The notes below the pieces were generated by a model. It saw nothing but the letters and a program-made list of their open reading frames with translations. It had not been told where the DNA came from and ran no database searches. Both the position numbers and the translations under genes were made by a program. DNA of 64,000 nucleotides from Polyangiales bacterium (GTDB lineage Bacteria > Myxococcota_A > Polyangia > Polyangiales > Polyangiaceae): NCBI GenBank assembly GCA_038231275.1, contig JBBRLQ010000021.1, positions 1 to 64,000 of the forward strand, in the 5' to 3' direction. Of this stretch, positions 1-7,240 are shown piece after piece. The number at the start of each line of letters is the position of its first letter. The stretch's first letter is position 1.

Positions 1-1448
1 ATCTCGCCGTCCAGGCGCTCACGAAGAAGGTCCGCGGTCCGGTGCTGTGCTTCGTCGGCCCTCCAGGCGTGGGGAAGACCAGCCTCGCGAAGAGCATCGC
101 GCGCGCGACGGGACGCAAGTTCGTGAGACTCGCCCTCGGCGGGGTTCGTGACGAGGCGGAGATTCGTGGGCACCGTCGTACGTACATCGGCGCGATGCCC
201 GGCAAGCTGATTCAGTCGCTCAAGAAGGCGGGTACCAACAACCCGGTCTTCCTGCTCGACGAGGTCGACAAGATGTCGACGGACTTCCGTGGCGATCCGG
301 CGGCGGCGCTGCTCGAGGTGCTCGACGGTGAGCAGAACGACACGTTCAACGATCACTACCTCGATCTCGACTACGACCTCTCCGACGTCATGTTCATCAC
401 GACGGCGAACACGCTGAGCGGCATCCCGGTGCCGCTCCAGGACCGCATGGAGATCATCCAGCTGTCCGGCTACACCGAGTTCGAGAAGATGAATATCGCG
501 GTCAAATACCTGGTGCCGCGCCAGAAGAAGGATTGCGGCCTCGACGACGTGCCTTTCACGCTCACCGAGAACGCGATCCGCACCGTCGTCCACCACTACA
601 CGCGCGAGGCCGGCGTCCGCTCGCTCGAGCGCGAGATTTCTTCGATCTGTCGCAAGGTCGCGCGCCACGTCGTGAACGAGGGCAAGGAGTCCCCGATCGA
701 GGTCGTCGCGAAGAACGTCCCCAAGTACCTGGGCGTGCCCAAATACCGGCTCGGCAAGAAGGAGGAGCACGACGAGGTCGGGCTCACCAACGGCCTGTCG
801 GTCACGAGCAACGGCGGCGGCGAGCTGCTCGCGTGCGAGGTGGCGGTCGTGCCCGGAAAGGGCAAGCTCGTCATCACCGGCCTCCTCGAGAAGGGGATGG
901 AGGAGAGCGCGCAGGCGGCGATGAGCTACGTGCGCTCACGCGCCGCGGTGCTGGGCCTGGAGCCGGATTTCTACCAGAAGGTGGACGTGCACGTTCACTT
1001 CCCGGAGTTCATCCGCAAAGACGGCCCGAGCGCCGGCGTCACGATGGCGACGAGCCTCGCGTCCGCGCTCATCAAGGTGCCGGTGAAGCGCGATCTCGCG
1101 ATGACCGGCGAGCTCACGCTGCGCGGGCGCGTGATGCCGATCGGCGGCCTCAAGGAGAAGCTCCTCGCGGCGCACCGCAGCGGCATCACGACGGTCATCG
1201 TGCCCAAAGAGAACCGCAAGGATCTGCGCGAGGTCCCGCGCCGCGTCCTCAAGGCGACGCGCATCGTGCTCGTCGAGCACATGGACGAGGTCCTCCGCGA
1301 AGCCCTCTGCGTCTCCGACCCGGAAGCCGTCTTCGGCCCCCCGCGCGAGACGATGGAATACCGCGACGGCGAGCTCGTCACGCTCAAATCGCGGAAGCCC
1401 GGCGGAGGCCCGCCGCCCGAGCCGGCCGCAGCACCCGCGAACGCGTAG
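1..1448 (+). CDS. lon: ATP-dependent Lon protease (5' part outside the window)
   Basis: Walker [23 protein letters not shown], Walker B LLDEVDK, catalytic Ser in KDGPSAG and Lys in IGGLKEK. The frame is open back to position 3 ([16 protein letters not shown]). Confidence 0.97.
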   Translation, partial: LAVQALTKKVRGPVLCFVGPPGVGKTSLAKSIARATGRKFVRLALGGVRDEAEIRGHRRTYIGAMPGKLIQSLKKAGTNNPVFLLDEVDKMSTDFRGDPAAALLEVLDGEQNDTFNDHYLDLDYDLSDVMFITTANTLSGIPVPLQDRMEIIQLSGYTEFEKMNIAVKYLVPRQKKDCGLDDVPFTLTENAIRTVVHHYTREAGVRSLEREISSICRKVARHVVNEGKESPIEVVAKNVPKYLGVPKYRLGKKEEHDEVGLTNGLSVTSNGGGELLACEVAVVPGKGKLVITGLLEKGMEESAQAAMSYVRSRAAVLGLEPDFYQKVDVHVHFPEFIRKDGPSAGVTMATSLASALIKVPVKRDLAMTGELTLRGRVMPIGGLKEKLLAAHRSGITTVIVPKENRKDLREVPRRVLKATRIVLVEHMDEVLREALCVSDPEAVFGPPRETMEYRDGELVTLKSRKPGGGPPPEPAAAPANA

Positions 1449-1563
1449 CGCGAAACGCTCTCGCTACTGGCCCCAAACGCCGCCGTGCTCCGCACGGCTT
1501 CGCCCAAAGGGCGATGCGGGGAGGCTCCAGACGCTCCCGCGTTTGGAGGGGTGCGCAGCACCC
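1445..1563. repeat. Multi-hairpin palindromic intergenic element (REP/MITE-like or structured RNA/terminator) between convergent genes
   Basis: Stems GTAGCG/CGCTAC, CCAAAC/GTTTGG enclosing GCCGTGC/GCACGGC, TCGCCC/GGGCGA and GCGGG/CCCGC, followed by GGGTGC/GCACCC. Confidence 0.45.
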
Positions 1564-1632
1564 ACAAGAACAGGTAGCCGTGCGATCAGCCCCCGTCGTG
1601 CCGTCGCGCCCCCGCTCTCCCCTACCGCCGCC

Positions 1633-3108
1633 TCATTTGATAACCGGCGGCGGAGGAACCGGCGGCTTGCCGTCGTTCTGGATGCAGTACGAGAGGTCGA
1701 AGAGCATGAACTCGAGCGCCTTCTCTTGCGGCGAGAGGGTGGCCGTCTTGCAGCCCGTCGGCCACGGTTGCGTGTGCTTGTCGCCGACGCCCGATGACAC
1801 GTGCAGATCGCTGTACACGACCTTGCCGCACTTCTGATCGTCCGGAACCGCCTGCGGCGTGTTGAAGGACATGTACTGCACGGCTGGCCCTGCCGCGTAG
1901 TTGATCCACATTGTCGTGTTCGCGGTCACGCTCGTGAGGTTGTCGCGCGCGCCGCTGATCGGAAGCTGTCCGTTCTGCGCGAGCGGCTCGACGGCGGTGA
2001 GCCAGTCGGCCATCGCCTTTCCCTTGGGGAACGTCGAGTTCACGTCCGCCGTGATCGGATCCGGGGGATCCGGCGCGTCGTTCCACGCGCCCAGGTTCGT
2101 CCATGGGGAGACCTCGGTGCCGCCGCCCTTGTCGTCGATCGCGTCGAACCAGAAGCGGTGCCAGTGCGACGCAAAGACGCGCCCGCCCATGTTGGCGTAT
2201 TGGCCCATCGCGTCGAGGGCGGCTTGCGGCTTGCCCCCGATGTCGGTGCGCCCCTCGCACGAGAGGAGGACGAGGTCGTATTTTTTGAGGTTGTCGATCG
2301 ACGACCAGAACGGCTGCGCGGCCGTGAACGTGGCGCCGCCCTGGAAATTCGAGGTGCCCTCGAAGCCCGTATAGAACTGCACGCGCCCCGCTCCGCCGCC
2401 GACGCTGAACTCCTTGTCCTCGATGCCGACCTTGCGGAGGAAACACTCGAGCGCGTCTGCGCCGCCGGTCGTGATCGCGATGAGCGGGATGTTGCCTTCG
2501 GTCTGGTTCTTCGGCAGGCGCGTCAGATCCTTGAGCGGCGCCGTCGTGAGCGGGTTGTCTTTGCACTCCTGGATCGTGATCGGAAGCGTCACCGCGCGCC
2601 GCCACTTGCCGACCTGGACGACGAGCGGGAGGTTCGCGTCGATGGGGACGTTGTCGAGCTTGAAGTGCCCGGTCGCGTCGGTGAGCGTGGTGACGAGCGG
2701 GTTGCCGGAGACGGCGCCGCACTTGTCGCACGACGCGCCGCTGGCGATCGGGGCGAGCGGCGCGTTGGGGACGTAGACGACGATGTTGTAGAGCGGGACC
2801 TTGCCGGCCGGATCGTAGACGTAGCCCGAGAGCGACGTGGTGCCGCCGCCGGGGCAGGTCTTCTGTTTGAGGCAGAGCCCGGTGCACGGGACCGTGCCGC
2901 TCGAGCCGCTTGAGCCGCTGCTGCCGCCCTCGCCGAACAGGTCTCCGCTGCTCCCGCTCGAACCGCTGCTGCCGCTGCTGCCGCTAGAGCCGCTGCTGCT
3001 GCCGAACTCCGAGCCGTTGCCGCTGCTTCCGCAGCCTGGTCCGGCGAGGACCATCGCCGCGCCGACGACTGTCGCCGCGATCAGCGAAAATTTGCTGCGC
3101 TCGAGCAT
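1633..3108 (-). CDS. Myxobacterial lipoprotein with Gly/Ser-rich linker and carboxypeptidase-regulatory-like (beta-sandwich) domain
   Basis: Signal peptide ending LAGPGC, GSSSGSSG repeats, SLSGYVYDPAGKVPLYNIVVYVP...TDATGHFKLDNVP pattern, paired Cys residues. GGAGG RBS upstream. Confidence 0.75.
   Translation of the reverse strand: MLERSKFSLIAATVVGAAMVLAGPGCGSSGNGSEFGSSSGSSGSSGSSGSSGSSGDLFGEGGSSGSSGSSGTVPCTGLCLKQKTCPGGGTTSLSGYVYDPAGKVPLYNIVVYVPNAPLAPIASGASCDKCGAVSGNPLVTTLTDATGHFKLDNVPIDANLPLVVQVGKWRRAVTLPITIQECKDNPLTTAPLKDLTRLPKNQTEGNIPLIAITTGGADALECFLRKVGIEDKEFSVGGGAGRVQFYTGFEGTSNFQGGATFTAAQPFWSSIDNLKKYDLVLLSCEGRTDIGGKPQAALDAMGQYANMGGRVFASHWHRFWFDAIDDKGGGTEVSPWTNLGAWNDAPDPPDPITADVNSTFPKGKAMADWLTAVEPLAQNGQLPISGARDNLTSVTANTTMWINYAAGPAVQYMSFNTPQAVPDDQKCGKVVYSDLHVSSGVGDKHTQPWPTGCKTATLSPQEKALEFMLFDLSYCIQNDGKPPVPPPPVIK
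2898..3030 (-). repeat. Coding low-complexity 9-bp repeat (Gly-Ser-Ser)n
   Basis: Imperfect CCGCTGCTG/CCGCTCGAG units on the plus strand encode GSSSGSSGSSGSSGSSGSSG. Confidence 0.7.
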
Positions 3109-3225
3109 AGGGTAGACGCCTCCAGGTGAAAGGATGGCCCACTGGCGTCATTCCAGCCGGCTTTCGACGGAGGGGTCGGTACGATTTGTCCGGCGGTGTA
3201 CGAGCCGGTCGCACGGCGGCGGGGC

Positions 3226-4206
3226 TCAGAGATCGTCGATGGCGAAGAGCGCGGCGCTCGTGCCGGTCTCGATCCGCTGCCACGGTTCTGCGCGCGCGAG
3301 GTCGCGGGTGACGAGCAGGGTTCCGTCGTCGCCCGCGACGTAGGCGGCGTCGCCCTCGAGGAGCGCGCCGTGGAGGTTCGCGGTGCCTGCGCCGGTGACC
3401 GCGTGCCATTCGCCACTCGCGTCGCGGGCGATGGCCGTGCCTCCTGCGCCGACGGCGATGGCCGCGGTGCCATCGTCGCGCACGGCGATCGCGTCGAGCG
3501 CAGCTCCCGCGCGGGCTTCACGCGCGAACGATGCGCCGCCGTCGACGCTCGCCCACGCGTTGCCGAGCGCGTCGACCGCGAGTGCGAGGTGCCCGCCGGG
3601 GTCCATCGCGACGCCACGGAGATCGCCGGCGCCGTCGACGTGCACGGACGCGAAAGTCGCGCCGCCGTCGGTCGATCGAAGGACGGTCCCGGCATCGCCC
3701 ACCGCGAGCTCGATCTGCCCCGCGAGTGCGACGCCGCGGAGCGCCACGCCCGTGCCGCTCGAGACGCGCTCCCACGTCGCGCCGGCGTCGCGCGTCACTT
3801 CGAGGGTTCCGTCGTCGCCCGCGAGGAGTCCGTGCGACGCGTCGGCGAAGCGGATCGCACGGAGCGTCGAGACCGTGTGCGCGTCTTGTGCCGCCCACGA
3901 GAATCCGCCGTCGAGCGTGTGCGCGACGGCGCCGCGCGATCCGACCGCCCAGCCGTCCGTGTTCCCCACGCACGCGACGCCGAGGAGATCGACGGCGGCG
4001 ATCCCGGGAACGAGACGCGCCGACCAGCCGTGATCGTCGAAGGTCTGCACCAGCGTACCGCCTGCGCCCACCGCGGCGCGCCACGCCGTAGAAGGAGGCG
4101 TGCCGCCTTCGCCCGAGGTCGGCTTCGGCGACGAGCTCGAGGTACAGCCGCACAGGACCGAGGCGATCGCGATCGCGATCGTCGCCATCGAGGTGGTGGT
4201 GTTCAT
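3226..4206 (-). CDS. BNR/Asp-box beta-propeller lipoprotein (Ycf48/WD40-YVTN-like)
   Basis: Repeated AVGxxG ... (S/T)xDGGx(T/S)W motifs (TLDGGFSW, TRDAGATW, STDGGATF, SVDGGASF), lipobox VLCGC. Start moved to ATG 4206 because the longer ORF runs over the tRNA. Confidence 0.8.
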   Translation of the reverse strand: MNTTTSMATIAIAIASVLCGCTSSSSPKPTSGEGGTPPSTAWRAAVGAGGTLVQTFDDHGWSARLVPGIAAVDLLGVACVGNTDGWAVGSRGAVAHTLDGGFSWAAQDAHTVSTLRAIRFADASHGLLAGDDGTLEVTRDAGATWERVSSGTGVALRGVALAGQIELAVGDAGTVLRSTDGGATFASVHVDGAGDLRGVAMDPGGHLALAVDALGNAWASVDGGASFAREARAGAALDAIAVRDDGTAAIAVGAGGTAIARDASGEWHAVTGAGTANLHGALLEGDAAYVAGDDGTLLVTRDLARAEPWQRIETGTSAALFAIDDL

Positions 4207-4312
4207 GAACGTGAGCGTAGTGGGAGCGGCTGCGCTGACAAGTCCTCCGCGCGGCGAACGGCCGTTTCCTTGCTGCGGATGCCGTCTCCTCGCGCGCCGC
4301 TCCGATTTTCGC

Positions 4313-4340
4313 TTGACGTTCGCGGGCCTATGCCTATTGT
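4313..4340 (+). promoter_or_regulatory. Sigma70-type promoter of the tRNA pair
   Basis: TTGACG-16 bp-TATTGT followed by GC-rich discriminator ACGCGCC, 16 nt before tRNA-Val. This is typical stable-RNA promoter geometry. Confidence 0.7.
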
Positions 4341-4356
4341 ACGCGCCGTCTTCCAC

Positions 4357-4428
4357 GGGCGGGTAGCTCAGTGGTAGAGCGCTGGCCTTACAAGCCGGAT
4401 GTCGCAGGTTCAAAACCTGTCCCGCCTA
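4357..4428 (+). tRNA. tRNA-Val (anticodon TAC)
   Basis: Acceptor GGGCGGG/CCCGCCT, D arm GCTC-AGTGGTA-GAGC, anticodon arm CTGGC-CTTACAA-GCCGG, T arm GCAGG-TTCAAAA-CCTGT. No encoded CCA. Confidence 0.97.
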
Positions 4429-4510
4429 CAGCCGGGGCAGGTTCGAGATTCGACGAAGACGAGAGACGCGCAGACGAAGTCGTAGTAGTGACGCATCGCA
4501 GTACCGCTTC

Positions 4511-4585
<75 letters not shown>

Positions 4586-4625
4586 AAAAAGGAGCTTGTC
4601 CACCGAGAGTGGACAAGCTCTTTTT
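4586..4625. terminator. Bidirectional intrinsic terminator after the tRNAs
   Basis: AAAAA-G-GAGCTTGTCCAC-CGAGA-GTGGACAAGCTC-TTTTT: a perfect 12-bp stem flanked by A and T tracts, between convergent transcription units. Confidence 0.9.
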
Positions 4626-4706
4626 GCTTTCGCACGCGTACTCGAGATCTTGTCCCTTCGTATCGCGCTCGCTCGGGGACCACGATGGCATCCCAACGTG
4701 ACCGCG

Positions 4707-6251
4707 TCACAAGGTCTTCAGGTACTCGATGACCGACTTGGCCTCGGCGGGTCCGAGATCGGCGAGGAACGGGTGGCCGCCGACGCCGAGGCCCGCCTTC
4801 GATCCATCGTGCTCCCACTCGCCGTGGGAGAGCGGGCCTCCGGGTGCGCGCGCGGGGAGGCCCACCGTCCCGAGATCGATAGGCGCGTCCAGGTCGACGA
4901 CGTACTGCGTCGCGCGATCCGAAGGCGCCGTCGCCATGACAGCGAGCGAGGGCCACTGGCCGGCGTGACCGTACGGCGCGCGCGCCCAGATGCTCGTGAG
5001 GACGGGGGGGACGTAGCCGTCGGTCCGCCGCGTCTCGAGCAGGCCGTGCGTCAGCGACGGCTCGTTCGCGGCGCGCACGAAGTCGTCGGTGACCACGCGC
5101 GCGCGCAGCGGATCGGTGCCGACCGTCACCACCGGGACGACGCGCTCGGTGTACCGCGCGACGCGGCCGCCTTCGCCGTAGCTCCCATGGCATCGCGCGC
5201 ACGCCGCGGAGAACGCGGCGCGTCCGCGCTCGGCGAGCGCGCGATCGATCGGGCCGGGGAAGGGAAGGTCGCGCGGCAGGTGACGCAGGTACGAGGAGAG
5301 GCTGGGGCCTTGCTTAGGATGCGTCCAGTACCACTCGGGCCTTACGCCGATCGCGAAGTCGGCCTCGACGACGAGCGCATCGAGGGAGCCCTCGGCCGCG
5401 CCGTCCCAGCTGAGCGTCGTCCGATCGGCGAAGCCGATGACGTCGGGGACCTTGGTCCAGCCCACGTCGTGGCCGGTCGTGACCGTGCGGCCCAGCGTCA
5501 GCCCGATCGCGAGCGCGAACGACTCGATCGGCGCGATCCGTCCCGGAGGAGCGTCCTTGACGCGTCCGAAGAGCTCCGCGCGAACCCTCGCACGCTCGCG
5601 CATCGCGTCGGCGGTCGCGCGAACGAGCGTCGCGCGCCACTCCGCGGGCCACGGGACGCTGCGCTCCCTCGCGATGGCGCTCGCACGCGTGGCGAGCGCA
5701 GTGCGATCGAGATCGGCGCGTCCACCAAGCTGCGTGATCGCCGCGTCGTAGGCGTGCGCTCGCACGCGCTTGTTTCCGAGCCCGATGACGACGCGCTCGC
5801 CCCCCGGCCACCGCACGCGCTCGACGTGGCAGAGCGCGCAGCTGGTCACGAGGAACGGGACGCGCGTGAACGGGTCGACCGTAAGGTGCATTCCGAACGG
5901 CAGCCCCTCGCGCCGATCCAGATCGGCGCTCGAAGGCTCGGCGGCGCGCGCGAGGAAGCCGAAGCGCGCGGCCAGCTGCGGGACGTCGGCGCCGAGCTCG
6001 CTCGGGTACGTCGAAAGGAGCGCGAGGAACACTGGATAGGGAATCCCGGTCCGGTACGGATCGCCGATCCCCGTTCGCGTGAAAGTCTCCTCGCCTGCCG
6101 CGCTCGAGATTTGCGGCGCCCGGTATTCGGCGGGGTCCGACATCGGGAGCGGCGCCGCCTTGGTCGCGCGTGGAGCCTCGGCCGGGTGCGTCTCCGCGCC
6201 GCCGCACGCGCCGACGAGGACGCAGAGGAGGACGATGCGTGTCGGGCTCAT
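4707..6251 (-). CDS. Di-heme c-type cytochrome lipoprotein, RoxA/cytochrome c peroxidase (MauG)-superfamily-like
   Basis: Two CxxCH motifs (CALCH, CARCH), VGTDPLR, GYVPPVLTSIWARAPYGHAGQWPSL (variant of PY(F/L)HNGSVP), C-terminal GH...VIEYLKTL, lipobox LVGAC. Confidence 0.8.
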   Translation of the reverse strand: MSPTRIVLLCVLVGACGGAETHPAEAPRATKAAPLPMSDPAEYRAPQISSAAGEETFTRTGIGDPYRTGIPYPVFLALLSTYPSELGADVPQLAARFGFLARAAEPSSADLDRREGLPFGMHLTVDPFTRVPFLVTSCALCHVERVRWPGGERVVIGLGNKRVRAHAYDAAITQLGGRADLDRTALATRASAIARERSVPWPAEWRATLVRATADAMRERARVRAELFGRVKDAPPGRIAPIESFALAIGLTLGRTVTTGHDVGWTKVPDVIGFADRTTLSWDGAAEGSLDALVVEADFAIGVRPEWYWTHPKQGPSLSSYLRHLPRDLPFPGPIDRALAERGRAAFSAACARCHGSYGEGGRVARYTERVVPVVTVGTDPLRARVVTDDFVRAANEPSLTHGLLETRRTDGYVPPVLTSIWARAPYGHAGQWPSLAVMATAPSDRATQYVVDLDAPIDLGTVGLPARAPGGPLSHGEWEHDGSKAGLGVGGHPFLADLGPAEAKSVIEYLKTL

Positions 6252-6315
6252 CGCCTCGTGGGTCGTAGCACGATCGAGCGTCGACGAGGCGCGGCCACCC
6301 GCGGTCGCGCGTGGC

Positions 6316-6621
6316 TCAGGCCGGATGCGCGGGATCGGCTCCCCAGACGCCCGGATCGCGCAGCGTGGGCGGCTCGTCCTCGTCCTCGATCACCAGAGTG
6401 AGATCCGAGACGCTGCGCACGAAGTCGAGGCGCGGCAGCGAGATCTCAACCCCGAGCTCCTCCTCGACGCGCGTGACGATCAGTACGAGGTCCAGCGCGT
6501 CGAGGCCGAGGTGCTCGCGCAGGTCGAGGTCGTCGAGCACGTCGGCGGGATCGATCTCGAGGTGTCGGGCGACGGCAGCCTTCACGGTCTGGAGCATGAG
6601 GGAGTCGGGACGGGTCGTCAT
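6316..6621 (-). CDS. Acyl-carrier-protein-like protein lacking the phosphopantetheine serine
   Basis: ACP pattern DLREHLGLDALDLVLIVTRVEEELGVEI with Ala at the D-S-L Ser position. GGAGG RBS upstream. Confidence 0.75.
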   Translation of the reverse strand: MTTRPDSLMLQTVKAAVARHLEIDPADVLDDLDLREHLGLDALDLVLIVTRVEEELGVEISLPRLDFVRSVSDLTLVIEDEDEPPTLRDPGVWGADPAHPA

Positions 6622-6755
6622 GGGTGAAGAACCTCCGTGAGCGCGGGGTAGGTCGAAGTCGGCGTCGCGATCCAGCGCGCGCCGTGCTCACTCTCGTTGG
6701 GGCAACACGCGCTGCGGAGCGATCACTCCCGCTCGATGTTTTTTTGTGGACGGGG

Positions 6756-7118
6756 TCAGCGCGCGATCACGAGAAGGACCGTCGCGCACACCGCGATCGA
6801 CGCGCTCGCGACGATGACCTGCCACCCTCGGCGGACGTGCGAGCAACGCTCGGCCTTGTCGGCCACGGGCGTCGGCCCCGACTCCGTCAACCTCATCCCG
6901 CGCAGCGCCGTGAAGCCGCAGGTACGCGTCAGTCCCGCGTAGACACCGTACGTACCGAAGAAGAGCGGAAACGCGAGCACGCCGCGGTATGCGGCAGGTG
7001 CGCCGAGGCCGAGCAGGAGCACCGCGAGCGCCAGCGCCGCGGCGATCATCGTGACGCCGACGCGGAGCTGGAGGTTCTGCGCGTGCGCGTCCAGGTTCCC
7101 TAGCGCCTTCTCGCCCAT
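6756..7118 (-). CDS. Small membrane protein (3 hydrophobic segments; DUF2892/YgaP-like)
   Basis: Hydrophobic helices RVGVTMIAAALALAVLLL, VLAFPLFFGTYGVYAGLTRTC and VIVASASIAVCATVLLVIA. TATGTT lies 7 nt before ATG 7118. Confidence 0.6.
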   Translation of the reverse strand: MGEKALGNLDAHAQNLQLRVGVTMIAAALALAVLLLGLGAPAAYRGVLAFPLFFGTYGVYAGLTRTCGFTALRGMRLTESGPTPVADKAERCSHVRRGWQVIVASASIAVCATVLLVIAR

Positions 7119-7154
7119 GCCTGCAAACATAAGCCGTTCCGAGCGCGCCGCCAG

Positions 7155-7190
7155 TGGCAGCGTTTTCGCGGATTGGCACGAAAAACGCCA
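7155..7190. promoter_or_regulatory. Possible sigma54 -24/-12 element(s) in the divergent intergenic region
   Basis: Plus strand TGGCACGAAAAACGC (7174-7188, GG-N10-GC). The same DNA read on the minus strand gives TGGCGTTTTTCGTGC, also GG-N10-GC. Confidence 0.4.
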
Positions 7191-7240
7191 CCACGACGGA
7201 CGGGCGGTCATCGTACCCTCGGGCTGGGCGCGTTCCCGAC

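Noticed and set aside
4596..6401. 601-aa plus-strand ORF after the tRNAs, considered as a possible integrase
   Set aside because: No tyrosine or serine recombinase motifs; it is antisense to the di-heme cytochrome gene.
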